Source of the DNA: an uncultured Anaerolineales bacterium
GTDB lineage: Bacteria > Chloroflexota > Anaerolineae > B4-G1
Assembly (NCBI GenBank): GCA_964509655.1
Contig: CAZDYW010000002.1
Coordinates: 1 to 43,955 of the forward strand
Reading direction: 5' to 3'
Length of the DNA stretch: 43,955 bases
Numbering within the stretch: position 1 is the first letter of the stretch; every line of letters starts with the position of its first letter. The notes beneath the pieces are model-generated. The model made no database searches. It was not told the origin of the DNA and saw nothing but the letters and a program-made list of their open reading frames with translations. The translations under genes were made by a program, and so were the position numbers. This document shows positions 8,572 through 18,757 of this stretch, one piece after another.

Positions 8572-10530
8572 TCATCCCACCATGGCCAACAGGCCATCGA
8601 TCTGGGCCACGATTTCCTGATCGGTGAAGTGCAGTTCCGTGACAGCGCCAGAGGGGCAGGTGGCCACGCAAGTGCCACATCCATGACAAAGGGCAGCATT
8701 GACCTCTGCCTTCCCATCGCTGTTTCGGTCAATGGCAGAATAGGGGCAGGATTTTATGCACTCGCCACACCCCACACAAGCTTCCGTCATCACCTCGGCG
8801 ACGATGGGGGAAATAGCAACCTCTCCCTTATTGAAAATTTTGACAGCTTCCTGCGCAGCCGCTCCCGCGTGGGCCACTGTATCGGGAACATCGCGCGGCC
8901 CCTGGCAACAGCCGGCCAGGAAGACGCCAGCGGTGCTGGTCTCAACCGGGCGCAGCTTAGGATGAGCCTCAGCGAACCAGCCATCTGGCGTGCGCCCCAG
9001 CCCGAAGAGAGATGCTACTTTATTGGAATCAGCATAAGGCTCGATAGCAGAGGCAAGAATGACCATATCCACGTCGGCGATGACTAATCTGCCCAGGTCA
9101 GCGTCCTCGCCCTTGACGCGCAGCTTATCATTGGGCAGCACCTCAACCTCGGCGCCGCGACCGCGCACAAAGGTGACTCCTTCCTCCTGTACCCGCTCGT
9201 AGAACTCTTCGTAGGCCTTACCGAAAGCTCGCATGTCCATATAGAAATCATAGACTTCGGCGCCTGTCTTATCGCGCACCTGGTGGGCATGCTTGAGCGA
9301 GTACATGCAGCAGAAACGGGAGCAGTATTCGTGGGCATTCTCATCCCGGCTACCCACGCAGTGGATAATGGCGACGTTCTCCGGAACCTCTCCCTCGGCG
9401 GTCACGATCTCCCCGCCGGTAGGGCCGCTGGCATTGGTGATGCGCTCAAATTGCAAACCGGTGATGATATTAGGGGATTCGCCGTAGGAATACTGCGGGA
9501 GATTCGTGGGGTCCCACATCTCGAAGCCGGTGGCTATGACGATAGCTCCCACCTCCACGTCGAGCAGTTCATCCTCTTGCTCATAATCAACTGCGCCTGT
9601 GGGGCAGACTCTGGCGCATAAGCCACAACGTCCATCCCGCTGGAAGTAGATGCAGTGATCTGTGTCAATCACCGGCACGTTGGGGATGGCCTGAGAGAAA
9701 GGACGATAAATGGCCTTTCGCTTACCCATCCCGGCCTCATAATCGGTGTCGATAACCTTGGTAGGACATTTCTCCTGACAGAGGCCACAACCGGTGCAAA
9801 GATCCTCGTCCACATACCGGGCATGCTTGCGGATACGGGCTTGGAAATTACCTATGTAACCGGAGATTTCCTCGACCTCACTATAGGTTAAAAGCTCAAT
9901 CTTGGGATGCCGACCGGCATCCATCATTTTGGGGCCGAGGATTCAGGTGCTACAGTCAAGTGTGGGGAAGGTCTTATCGAGCTGAGCCATCCGCCCGCCA
10001 ATGGAGGGCTCTTTTTCCACCAGATAGACTTGGTAGCCAGAATCGGCGATGGAGAGCGCAGCCTGTATGCCCGCGATGCCGCCTCCGACCACGAGCGCGG
10101 CCTCGGAGACCGGCTCCTGGCGGGGCTCCAAAGGTTTATGATAGGCCACTCGCGCTACCGCTGACCGTACCAGGCGCTTCGCCTTCTCCGTAGCTTTCTC
10201 CTTGTCCTTGATCACCCAGGAGACGTGCTCGCGGATGTTGGCCATTTCGAAGAAGTAGGGGTTAAGCCCAGCGCCAGCCAGCGCCCGCTGGAAGGTGGGC
10301 TCATGCATTCGAGGGGTACAAGAGGCCACCACCACCCGCTCCAGGTCCAGATCACGGATATCCTCTTGGATCATCTCTTGTCCGGGTTCGGAGCAAGTGT
10401 ATTTATGCTGCCGAGCAATGACCACGCCAGGCAGTTCAGCGGCCATCTCCACCACGGATGATACGTCCACCGTAGCCGCGATGTTGACGCCACACTCACA
10501 GATGTAGACTCCAATGCGAGGTTCTTCCAT
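8572..10530 (-). CDS. hdrA: heterodisulfide reductase subunit A-like flavoprotein, selenocysteine-containing (UGA at 9943..9945 read as Sec)
   Basis: ORFs 9943..10530 and 8572..9927 share one frame (1959 nt = 653 codons). Read-through gives [27 protein letters not shown]. Other features: N-terminal [15 protein letters not shown] motif [13 protein letters not shown], inserted ferredoxin ([21 protein letters not shown]), and C-terminal ferredoxin ([24 protein letters not shown]). Confidence 0.85.
9905..9945 (-). promoter_or_regulatory. Sec UGA plus candidate bacterial SECIS hairpin of hdrA
   Basis: UGA at 9945..9943. Twenty nt downstream there is a perfect 7-bp stem GGAUGCC/GGCAUCC (9922..9916 with 9911..9905) and a 4-nt apical loop GGUC (9915..9912). 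Confidence 0.7.
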
Positions 10531-10571
10531 AACGTATGAACTCCTTATGCTGACAGTCGGTATCGCTTGGC

Positions 10572-11438
10572 TTACAGAAAATCACTCAACGCCGGTCTCA
10601 CTGACACGACGTGCCGCTTGAACAACAACTTATCCTCCGATAACCCAAAGGCCAATCCGATCAGTTGAGGCAAGAAGAGGATTGGGACATGTAATTCCTG
10701 GTTCATCACGCGCGAGGCCTTACCCTGATAGCTGTCCAGGTTCATATGGCACATCGGACAGACAGTCGAGACGCAATCGGCAGGCTGACATTTCGCCAGT
10801 ATCTCCCCTGCCATGTGATGGCCGACCCTGGGCTTGGTCATCATCAATGAAGTGCCACAGCAAGATGCCTCTCGAGGATGATGATGCACTTCAGCACCCA
10901 ATGCCTCTAAGATGGCGACCATTGAAGTAGGCTTCTCATCATCGTCGAAGGCGCTATAAGGGCGAACGGTCTGGCAACCGTAGTAGGGAGCGACGGTCAA
11001 GCCCTCTAGCGGGCGCTGCACCCGCTCGGCGTAATCCTCCGGGCTGAAATCGTTCGCCAGCACATCCATCAAATGGCGCGACTTGACAGTATTGCGATAG
11101 CTCAAACCCTCCACCTCTAACGCCTTGTTTACTTTTTCCAGAAGCTTTGGATCATCGGAGAGAGCTTGTGAGGTACGCCGAAAGTTGGTGTAGCAAGCAC
11201 TGCAAACAGCGAGCATGTCCGAGGTGTCATCAGCTTGCTCTGCCAAAGCCAGGTTACGAGCTGGAAGCACGATGCCCAGGAGATCACTGATCACCGGAGC
11301 CGCGCTGGCCCCACAGCAGGTCCAATCTTCCAATTCCTCCACCTCAGCCCCCAAGGCCTTCAGCACGGCAAGTGTCGAAGCCTTGTACTCCAGAGCAGAA
11401 GCGTCCGCTGAACAGCCGGGGTAAAAAAGATACTTCAT
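10572..11438 (-). CDS. hdrB: heterodisulfide reductase subunit B-like (two CCG domains)
   Basis: 288 aa. Two complete Cys patterns: YPGC...WTCCG...VCSAC and YYGC...ASCCG...VCPMC. The start overlaps the hdrC stop (ATGA). Confidence 0.85.
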   Translation of the reverse strand: MKYLFYPGCSADASALEYKASTLAVLKALGAEVEELEDWTCCGASAAPVISDLLGIVLPARNLALAEQADDTSDMLAVCSACYTNFRRTSQALSDDPKLLEKVNKALEVEGLSYRNTVKSRHLMDVLANDFSPEDYAERVQRPLEGLTVAPYYGCQTVRPYSAFDDDEKPTSMVAILEALGAEVHHHPREASCCGTSLMMTKPRVGHHMAGEILAKCQPADCVSTVCPMCHMNLDSYQGKASRVMNQELHVPILFLPQLIGLAFGLSEDKLLFKRHVVSVRPALSDFL

Positions 11439-12013
11439 TGCTGCGCCTCCAGTTCTGCCACACGCTCAAACAGCGGCTCTAAACGTCCCTCACCGCCCAG
11501 CTTAGGCATTTCTGGGTAAGCCTTTCCACGACTAACCAGGGTGATTCCAAGACCGGCGAAGCCCAGAGCACTCAAAGGATTAGTAGCCAAGAAGAAACGT
11601 ACCATAAACTCCATCTCCCGCATACGTCCATAGCGGCGCACAATGTCGACAAAGGTACGATAGAAGCCAACGCTATCCTTGGATGCAGCGATTCTTTGCT
11701 CAATCGCCATCTCTTTAAGGCGGGTGATGGTCTCGGTGAGAGGAATACCACGGGGGCAACGCACTTGGCACTGATAACAAAGGCTGCATAGCCACATTGT
11801 CTTGCTGCGCAGCACCTCGTCTGTCAGGCCCAACTGTACCATGCGCCACATCTTGCGGGGGCTGATGTCCATCGCTGGAGCTGCCGGGCAGGATGCGGTG
11901 CAAGTACCACACTGAATACAGCGACGGAGAAGTTCTCCATTCTCGATGAGGTGATCTGCAAAGGCGGGATCACGTTTCGCCGTCGTTAAGTTCACAACCT
12001 CAGCAGTCGCCAA
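11435..12013 (-). CDS. hdrC: heterodisulfide reductase subunit C-like (2x 4Fe-4S)
   Basis: 192 aa. CIQCGTCTASCP and CSLCYQCQVRCP. TTG start with AGGAGG 6 nt upstream. Confidence 0.8.
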   Translation of the reverse strand: MATAEVVNLTTAKRDPAFADHLIENGELLRRCIQCGTCTASCPAAPAMDISPRKMWRMVQLGLTDEVLRSKTMWLCSLCYQCQVRCPRGIPLTETITRLKEMAIEQRIAASKDSVGFYRTFVDIVRRYGRMREMEFMVRFFLATNPLSALGFAGLGITLVSRGKAYPEMPKLGGEGRLEPLFERVAELEAQQ

Positions 12014-12203
12014 AGGGGACCTCCTGTTTTTCTACTGTATCTCAAGAATGTTCCCACTATTTATGACAGCGATCACCCATCATCCACAGCGGGGGAATAT
12101 CCGGTGCACCTTTACCATAATCAATTGGCACCTGACATTATAGCACAGAGGATAAGCCAAAATACTTATCATGAGGTGGCTAAACGGCTTACAACACCAG
12201 TAG

Positions 12204-12231
12204 ATTGTACATGTTTACCACAATCTGTCAA
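12204..12231 (-). promoter_or_regulatory. candidate promoter of the hdr-fdh operon with overlapping inverted repeat
   Basis: Minus strand: TTGACA (12231..12226), 16-nt spacer, TACAAT (12209..12204). The inverted repeat AGATTGT-N11-ACAATCT (12202..12226) spans the spacer and -10. A second weaker candidate, TGcTATAAT, has its -10 at 12140..12135. Confidence 0.4.
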
Positions 12232-12264
12232 GGGTAAATTCTCATACTCAAAACCTGCTATCCC

Positions 12265-13707
12265 TCACCCTGCCTTAATTTTTGCACTCCACCACAGAGC
12301 CTCTAACTCATCCTCGGTCAACTTCCTCATATCTCGTCCTTGCTCAAGAGCGGCTTGTTCCATATGACGGAAACGATGTGCGAAACGAGCGTTGGCTTTA
12401 CGCAAAGCGGTCTCCGCATCCAGACCCAGCCAGCGGGCCCAGTTGACTATGGCGAACAATAGATCGCCCAACTCGGCCTCCTTTTCCTCCGGTGAGATGG
12501 CCGATTTCAACTCGCCGATTTCCTCATGCACCTTCTCAACAACCCCACCCACCTCGCTCCAATCGAATCCCACGCGGGCCGCACGACGACTGTAGGTATC
12601 GGCTTGCTGCAATGCAGGCAGAGCATCGGGCACGCCATCGAGCGCCGAACTCCCTTCCCCCCTCTCCTCACGCTTCAGTTCCTCCCAATGGAGCAGTACC
12701 TCATTAGATCCTTTGACCGCCTGATCCCCCCAAACGTGTGGGTGACGATGCTTGAGCTTGACGTCGATGCCAGAGATTACTTGCGCCATTTGAAATTCAC
12801 CCGCCTCTGTCGCAATCTGGGTGTGAAGTAGCACTTGCAACAAGAGATCGCCCAGTTCTTCCCTCAGCGCTGACACGTCGTCGAGATCAATGGCGGACAC
12901 GGTCTCGTAAGCCTCCTCCAACAACGCGGATCGCAAGCTCGCGTGCGTCTGCTCGCGATCCCAAGGGCAGCCATCCGGGGCCCTAAGGTGGGCGACGGTT
13001 TCTTGCAAGCCCTCGAAGCTACTAACGCCCGGCAATGGTGGCACGTAAAGTGTGGTCAAGTGAGCGATGTTCCTTTGATGATCAAGCTCATAGAGGGGCA
13101 AGCGGACGATGCGCTGATCTGGGCTTCCAGCCGCGTGCACTAATACAACCTCGTGGTCGTCCGGATATTGATTCATCAAAGTGAGTTTGACATCGGTGGC
13201 GAGGTCTCTTCCATAGAGCTGGCCCACCAAAGCTGGCAGATCGGAATTCAGTAAAGGGTGATGAAGAAGCGCCAGCTCGATAGCGTCCTGTATCTGCAAG
13301 CCCTCCAAGGCATCTATGCCCAGAGAGGCGAGTGTCGGGGTCACGAAGCTCATCCCCTCCACTATGCGCACCTCAAGGTCAAATTTCTCAGCACTGGTCA
13401 AGATCAGCTTCACTGTGGCTTCCCCCACAAAAGGGTGACCTGGCACAGCATAGATAACACCTTGAGGACGTTGACCCAAACTCAATATCTCGGCAGCAAT
13501 CGCTTCGTAGACTTCCGAGAAGTTATCCGCTTTCTCGTAGAGGTTATCAAAGGAGTGTACTGTAAGATTGGAAGGTAACTCAGCTACTGTGGGATGATGC
13601 TCCGTGCGCAACCAGATTTCATCGGCACTTTCTAAAACGGCCCATGCCTCCCGCGTCAAGTGATGTAGTGCACCAGGCCCAAGACCGAGGATAGTGATCA
13701 CGTTCAT
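12265..13707 (-). CDS. mazG: tetrapyrrole-methylase-like domain fused to MazG nucleoside-triphosphate pyrophosphohydrolase (YabN-like)
   Basis: N-terminus ITILGLGPG (TP_methylase fold). C-terminal MazG repeats (EEAYETVSAIDLDD...EELGDLLLQV and EEIGELKSA...ELGDLLFAIVNWARW). ATG 13707 has GGAGG upstream. The longer track start 13764 would run through the rpsI terminator. Confidence 0.8.
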   Translation of the reverse strand: MNVITILGLGPGALHHLTREAWAVLESADEIWLRTEHHPTVAELPSNLTVHSFDNLYEKADNFSEVYEAIAAEILSLGQRPQGVIYAVPGHPFVGEATVKLILTSAEKFDLEVRIVEGMSFVTPTLASLGIDALEGLQIQDAIELALLHHPLLNSDLPALVGQLYGRDLATDVKLTLMNQYPDDHEVVLVHAAGSPDQRIVRLPLYELDHQRNIAHLTTLYVPPLPGVSSFEGLQETVAHLRAPDGCPWDREQTHASLRSALLEEAYETVSAIDLDDVSALREELGDLLLQVLLHTQIATEAGEFQMAQVISGIDVKLKHRHPHVWGDQAVKGSNEVLLHWEELKREERGEGSSALDGVPDALPALQQADTYSRRAARVGFDWSEVGGVVEKVHEEIGELKSAISPEEKEAELGDLLFAIVNWARWLGLDAETALRKANARFAHRFRHMEQAALEQGRDMRKLTEDELEALWWSAKIKAG

Positions 13708-13749
13708 ATAAACCTCCACAAAAACAGCGAGCGACTGTGCAGCTGGCGT

Positions 13750-13783
13750 ATACAAAAAGGGCAAGACATTTCTGTCTTGCCCT
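13750..13783 (-). terminator. intrinsic terminator after rpsI (end of ribosomal super-operon)
   Basis: Minus-strand RNA GGGCAAGACA-GAAA-UGUCUUGCCC (perfect 10-bp stem, 13782..13759) followed by UUUUUGU. Confidence 0.75.
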
Positions 13784-13805
13784 ATATATCTATTTGTGGT
13801 CTAGT

Positions 13806-14198
13806 TTAGCGCTTGGTGTACTGAGGAGCCTTGCGAGCTTTCTTTAGACCTGGCTTCTTACGTTCTTTGATGCGAGAGTCACGAGTGAGATACCCACCCT
13901 TGCGCAGCGGTGGCCTATAGTCAGGATCCACCTCTAACAGCGCCCGTGCAATACCCAACTGAACCGCGCCTGCTTGTCCTCGAATTCCCCCACCCTTAAC
14001 CAGAACACTGACATCAAAGCGTCCCGATGTATCAGTTGCCTCAAACGGCTCCAGGAGGTGAAACACATCCATCTCGCGGCAGAAATACTCCCTAAGCGGT
14101 CGGTCGTTGACCACGAAAGAGCCACCTTCACCACCAGTATGAAGTCGCACTCGAGCAGTCGCTGCCTTTCGCCTTCCCACTCCTTCGTAATACGTCAT
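13806..14198 (-). CDS. rpsI: 30S ribosomal protein S9
   Basis: 130 aa, [14 protein letters not shown] ... C-terminal [12 protein letters not shown]. Confidence 0.95.
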   Translation of the reverse strand: MTYYEGVGRRKAATARVRLHTGGEGGSFVVNDRPLREYFCREMDVFHLLEPFEATDTSGRFDVSVLVKGGGIRGQAGAVQLGIARALLEVDPDYRPPLRKGGYLTRDSRIKERKKPGLKKARKAPQYTKR

Positions 14199-14210
14199 CT
14201 ATATCTCCTC

Positions 14211-14648
14211 CTATCCTTCCAATTCCATCGCTTCCGGCTGCTGAGCTATATGAGGATGATCAGGGCCAGCATAAACCTTTAATTTCTTTAACATCTTCCG
14301 ACCCAACCGGTTTCGGGGCAACATGCCCCGCACCGCGAGTTCAATCACTCGAGCGGGGTTTTTCTGAAGCAGATTGCCCAAGGTAATCGCTTTGAGATTG
14401 CCCGGGTAGCCAGAATGCCGATAATAGATCTTCTGATCTAGTTTGCGGCCTGTCACTTGGATCTCCTCAGCATTGACGATGATCACATAATCACCAACAT
14501 CAACAGCAGGAGAGTAGATCGGCTTATGCTTTCCACGGAGAATTTGTGCTACTTTGCTCGCCAAGCGACCCAAAGTGTGCCCTGCGGCATCCACCACATA
14601 CCATTCTCGTTGGACATCTTGTTCTTTCGTAACGTAAGTCTTTTCCAC
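14211..14648 (-). CDS. rplM: 50S ribosomal protein L13
   Basis: 145 aa, [30 protein letters not shown]. Confidence 0.95.
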   Translation of the reverse strand: MEKTYVTKEQDVQREWYVVDAAGHTLGRLASKVAQILRGKHKPIYSPAVDVGDYVIIVNAEEIQVTGRKLDQKIYYRHSGYPGNLKAITLGNLLQKNPARVIELAVRGMLPRNRLGRKMLKKLKVYAGPDHPHIAQQPEAMELEG

Positions 14649-14685
14649 AGCCTTACAACTCCCGTTTAATAAGTCATTGAAGTTA

Positions 14686-15459
14686 TCAATAATTCACTTT
14701 AATCAGACACAAACCATGTGCAGGAGCAGTAGTGCCTGCTTGACTGCGATCACACGCCTTGAGGGCTGCAACGAACTCCTTCACACTTATTCTCTTCCAC
14801 CCAACCTGGAGCAAGGTACCGACTATGCTGCGCACCATCCGATAGAGAAACGCATTGGCCTCAATATCGAAAGTCAACCACAAGCCTTGCTGTGAGCCCC
14901 GCTCTTGTCTCCGCAACCCATAATCGTAAGGGTGCTCATTCCACGAGGCGCGGAACAGATTCCGCACTGTTACATTGCCTTGAGGCGGTTGCCCAAAAGT
15001 AGCGAAGTCCTGTTCTCCTACCAGGTATTGAGCCGCTTGCTGCATCGCTGCCACATCCAATGGCTTGGACACATGTAAGCTGTATCTATCAACCAAGGGG
15101 CAGCGCACTGGCGTATTGTAAAATGTATACTGGTACCACCGGCTACGTGCGTCGTAGCGCGGGTGAAAATCTAGCTCAGCTACTTCCAATTCACGAACAG
15201 CTATATCTTCAGGCAGTACAGCATTCATAGCTCGCTGCAAGTCGCCTATCTCGTGACGCCAAGCCGTATCAAAAGCGATCACTTGTCCTTTTGCATGCAC
15301 GCCAGCATCCGTACGTCCGGCTGCGATTATATTGATAGTTTCTTGCGTTACCTGCGCCAGTGTAACTTCCAGAGCCTCCTGGATGGTAAAGGCATTAGCC
15401 TGACGCTGAAACCCGCTATAGTTCGTCCCATCGTAGGCTACCACCGCCTTCACTCGCAT
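14686..15459 (-). CDS. truA: tRNA pseudouridine(38-40) synthase TruA
   Basis: 257 aa, [13 protein letters not shown] ... [11 protein letters not shown] (catalytic Asp motif). Confidence 0.9.
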   Translation of the reverse strand: MRVKAVVAYDGTNYSGFQRQANAFTIQEALEVTLAQVTQETINIIAAGRTDAGVHAKGQVIAFDTAWRHEIGDLQRAMNAVLPEDIAVRELEVAELDFHPRYDARSRWYQYTFYNTPVRCPLVDRYSLHVSKPLDVAAMQQAAQYLVGEQDFATFGQPPQGNVTVRNLFRASWNEHPYDYGLRRQERGSQQGLWLTFDIEANAFLYRMVRSIVGTLLQVGWKRISVKEFVAALKACDRSQAGTTAPAHGLCLIKVNY

Positions 15460-15523
15460 CTTACTACAGAAAGCCTCCGTTCGTGAAAGTTCATAAAAGG
15501 CTGATGCTGTTAAAGGAAGAGTC

Positions 15524-15940
15524 CTACTCTTCCTCGACTAGCTCCAAAAGCACCATAGGGGCTGCATCACCTTTTCGCGGCCCCAATTTATAGATGCGAG
15601 TGTAGCCACCTGGTCGATCCATGTAACGTGGAGCAATGTCCACAAACAGCTTCTCCAAGATATCCACCCACCAACCTTCCTTATCCATCACCCATCTGTT
15701 CATACGACTTGACGCCAGTCGGCGTGCATGGACACCACGACTTGGATCATCAGTTTCTGCCTTCAAGCCCCGCTTTGCTAGTGTGATCAACTTCTCAGCA
15801 TGCCGGCGGGTTACTTTAGCCTTTGCTTCAGTTGTTTCGATACGTTCGTGATAAAGCAAGGCCGTCACCAAGTTACGTCTTAAGGCCTTGCGATGTCCGC
15901 TCGATCGCCCCAATTTTTTACCTGCGACGCGATGCCGCAT
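15524..15940 (-). CDS. rplQ: 50S ribosomal protein L17
   Basis: 138 aa, [24 protein letters not shown]...ETTEAKAK. Confidence 0.95.
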   Translation of the reverse strand: MRHRVAGKKLGRSSGHRKALRRNLVTALLYHERIETTEAKAKVTRRHAEKLITLAKRGLKAETDDPSRGVHARRLASSRMNRWVMDKEGWWVDILEKLFVDIAPRYMDRPGGYTRIYKLGPRKGDAAPMVLLELVEEE

Positions 15941-16905
15941 TATGCACCTCCACTTTCTACTTCATCCAACAAACCTTCTTCGTCAAGACGCTCGCGAACC
16001 TCAATCAATGACTTGGCGCCAAAGTTGCGGACGGCCAACAAGGCATCGTCCCCGCCCTCCTCCAACATCTCCAGCACTTCTCCAACATTTTTGATACCTG
16101 CACGACGAAGAGCGTTGAACACTCGTGTACTCAAATCAAGCCGGTCTAGAGGCATATCATATGCTTCACTGGACAAAACCGGTTCTTCCTCTGGCTCGCT
16201 AGGCTCAGGGGCTTCTTCCTCCAGCGTGAGTCCCGCAATTAGCCGTAGATGTGTCAGCATAATACGGGCTGCGGTTTTCAATGCATTGAATGGCTCGATG
16301 CGACCATCACTCCAAATCTCCAGTGTTAATCGATCATAATCCGTCATCTGCCCCACTCGAGCGCGATCCACATCGAAAGAGACACGACGAATAGGACTAA
16401 ATATTGCATCGACGGGCAACTCACCCACGAGCATCCGGCTCCGTCCTTCTTGGTCAGCAGGACGATAACCATGCCCACGATCAACGGTAAAATCGATATC
16501 AAAAGAAGCCTTCTCATCATCTACAGAGAATAAGTACAGATCAGGGTTCAGAATCTCTACTTCGGGTGGAGCCATAATATCTCCCGCCGTAACAGTGCCT
16601 TCACCCTCTACATGCAAAGACATGTGCATGGTTTCTTCGTTTTCCATCTTCAAGCGCAACTGCTTGACCTGTAACATGAATTGCATTACGTCCTCTCGCA
16701 CCCCCGGTATCACAGAGAACTCGTGAGGAACATCCGTAATGCGAATCGCTGTCACAGCCGCGCCCGGCAACGATGATAGCAACACTCGTCGAAGCGTGTT
16801 GCCCACCGTAATCCCAAAGCCACTCTCCAGCGGGCCGATCACGAATCGGCCATACGTCTGGGATATTACATCTGTCTCAACTTTTGGCAACACTTGAACT
16901 GACAA
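15940..16905 (-). CDS. rpoA: DNA-directed RNA polymerase subunit alpha
   Basis: 321 aa, [35 protein letters not shown]-terminal domain [25 protein letters not shown] start with GAGGAGG upstream. Confidence 0.95.
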   Translation of the reverse strand: MSVQVLPKVETDVISQTYGRFVIGPLESGFGITVGNTLRRVLLSSLPGAAVTAIRITDVPHEFSVIPGVREDVMQFMLQVKQLRLKMENEETMHMSLHVEGEGTVTAGDIMAPPEVEILNPDLYLFSVDDEKASFDIDFTVDRGHGYRPADQEGRSRMLVGELPVDAIFSPIRRVSFDVDRARVGQMTDYDRLTLEIWSDGRIEPFNALKTAARIMLTHLRLIAGLTLEEEAPEPSEPEEEPVLSSEAYDMPLDRLDLSTRVFNALRRAGIKNVGEVLEMLEEGGDDALLAVRNFGAKSLIEVRERLDEEGLLDEVESGGA

Positions 16906-17035
16906 CCAGCGCCTCCTCTTTCCTAGCCTCCGGTCTGCATGGAAAATGTATCATTGAGAGAAATAATCATCAAAGCAAAAAACATAGAGGTGTACCTTTC
17001 GCCCTCCAGTAACGTCCAAGTTGGCAGGCTAACCC

Positions 17036-17677
17036 CTAACGCGAATAATACTCTACAATCAACTGCTCGTTTATTGCTGTGCTGATCTCCTCGCGCGCCG
17101 GCTCCTTCAACATTTGCCCGGTCATTCCTTCTACATCCAGGCTTAACCAACCCGGCACTGCCCCCTCTTCCAGCCTCTTAGCACGATCTTTAAAGTAAGT
17201 GCGCTTAAGGCTGACCTCACGAACTGAGATCACATCTTGAGGTCTAATGAGATATGAGGGAGTGGTGGTACGAGTGCCATTGACAACGAAATGCCCATGC
17301 GATACCAGTTGACGTGCTTGGGGTCGAGAATCGGCAAAGCCCAACCGATAAACGATATTATCCAACCTTCGCTCCAACAGGATCAGCAGGTTTTCACCCG
17401 TAAGCCCTGGTCGACCCTCAGCTTTTTCAAAGAAACGCCGGAACTGACGTTCCAGCAAGCCATATATGCGCTTAGCCTTCTGTTTTTCACGCAACTGACG
17501 TGCATAATCAGATTGACGACGGCGACGGAAGCGTGCCAGCCAACCATGGTCACCTGGCGGATATCCTCGCTTTCGCTCAAACGGGCATTTTGAGGAGAAG
17601 CATCGCTCCCCCTTCAAGAATAACTTTTCCCCTTCACGACGACACAGTTTACAAACCGGGCCTTTATATCTTGCCAT
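17036..17677 (-). CDS. rpsD: 30S ribosomal protein S4
   Basis: 213 aa, [26 protein letters not shown]. Confidence 0.95.
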   Translation of the reverse strand: MARYKGPVCKLCRREGEKLFLKGERCFSSKCPFERKRGYPPGDHGWLARFRRRRQSDYARQLREKQKAKRIYGLLERQFRRFFEKAEGRPGLTGENLLILLERRLDNIVYRLGFADSRPQARQLVSHGHFVVNGTRTTTPSYLIRPQDVISVREVSLKRTYFKDRAKRLEEGAVPGWLSLDVEGMTGQMLKEPAREEISTAINEQLIVEYYSR

Positions 17678-17711
17678 ACTTTCACTCCTCCGTTATTTAC
17701 CCACACGCAAG

Positions 17712-18098
17712 CTACGTCCGACGCCTCTTAGGTGGGCGACAGCCGTTATGCGGAATCGGGGTCACGTCGGTGATAGAGAGAACTTTAATCCCTGTTGACT
17801 GAATAGCACGGATCGCAGCCTCTCGACCGGGGCCGGGGCCCTTAACGTAAACATCCGCTTCTCGCATACCCATATTTATCGCCTCGTCGGAAGCTTTACG
17901 GGCAGCTTGCTGAGCAGCGAAAGAGGTGCTTCTACGCGCCCCCCTGAAACCGACAGATCCACCACTGGCCCAGTTGAGAACGTTCCCTTGTTGGTCCGTC
18001 ATAGTCACAATAGTATTATTGAAAGTAGCATGGATGTGCGCTTCTCCGCGCGGGACGTTCCTCTTGACCCGTCGGCGTCTCGACCGTCGTTTTGCCAT
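17712..18098 (-). CDS. rpsK: 30S ribosomal protein S11
   Basis: 128 aa, [18 protein letters not shown] ... [12 protein letters not shown]. Confidence 0.95.
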   Translation of the reverse strand: MAKRRSRRRRVKRNVPRGEAHIHATFNNTIVTMTDQQGNVLNWASGGSVGFRGARRSTSFAAQQAARKASDEAINMGMREADVYVKGPGPGREAAIRAIQSTGIKVLSITDVTPIPHNGCRPPKRRRT

Positions 18099-18107
18099 TC
18101 CTTCCTC

Positions 18108-18497
18108 CTACTTCTTCTTCATTCCGCGCTTCCGCCCACGGCCAGCCACAGTCTTACGTGGCCCCTTGGCAGTACGCGCGTTAGTGCGTGTTCGCTGACC
18201 ACGAACAGGCAAGTTGCGTATATGCCTGATACCTCGGTAACATCTGATATCTTTCAGACGCCGTATGTTCATCTGGACTTCACGTCGCAAATCACCTTCG
18301 ACCTTGTATCCACGATCAATGGTCGAACGCAAGCTAGCAACCTCCGACTCAGTCAAGTCTCGAACTCGTGTATCCGGGTTAACGTCCGCTGCTTCCAGAA
18401 CATCGTTGCTTAAACTGCGCCCAATCCCATAGATATAGGTTAAGGCAACCTCTACTCTTTTATTCCGGGGCAGATCTACACCTGCTATACGTGCCAT
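18108..18497 (-). CDS. rpsM: 30S ribosomal protein S13
   Basis: 129 aa, [26 protein letters not shown]. Confidence 0.95.
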   Translation of the reverse strand: MARIAGVDLPRNKRVEVALTYIYGIGRSLSNDVLEAADVNPDTRVRDLTESEVASLRSTIDRGYKVEGDLRREVQMNIRRLKDIRCYRGIRHIRNLPVRGQRTRTNARTAKGPRKTVAGRGRKRGMKKK

Positions 18498-18568
18498 AAC
18501 TAACCTCCCTTAAAAGTCCCAAAGACCAATCCCTCAAACCCTACAAAAAGCTGGGATTGGAGTTTTAA

Positions 18569-18682
18569 CTATCCTTGGCGCTGCTTGTGTTTGGGATTGT
18601 CACAAATTACGTATACGGTGCCACGCCTTCGGACTATTTTGCACTTCGGACAACGTCGCTTAACTGAAGCTGAAACCTTCAT
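18569..18682 (-). CDS. rpmJ: 50S ribosomal protein L36
   Basis: Not in the ORF track because it is under 60 aa. My minus-strand translation is [37 protein letters not shown] (37 aa) with a zinc-ribbon Cys/His pattern. GGGAGG/AGGAG lies upstream of ATG 18682. Confidence 0.9.
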   Translation of the reverse strand: MKVSASVKRRCPKCKIVRRRGTVYVICDNPKHKQRQG

Positions 18683-18757
18683 CTCCTAAACCTCCCTTTA
18701 GCCAACCAGTCTGTCAAAAAAGAACTTATTCTGCTACTAAAAACAACAAGCATCCAA

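Noticed and set aside
8572-10530. The two adjacent ORFs (195 aa + 451 aa) read as a disrupted hdrA pseudogene.
   Set aside because: The halves are in the same frame and separated by a single TGA at the Cys/Sec position. A perfect GGUC-loop hairpin lies downstream, and a second gene in the operon shows the same pattern. Sec recoding explains this better than decay.
13708-13764. Longer N-terminus for the MazG fusion (track start 13764).
   Set aside because: The extension would include the rpsI terminator hairpin, and the extra 19 aa lack similarity to anything. ATG 13707 has a GGAGG SD and gives the canonical ITILGLGPG start.
16923-17150. 75-aa minus-strand ORF overlapping the rpsD 3' end.
   Set aside because: It is in an alternative frame to rpsD and runs into the spacer, with no SD and no motif.
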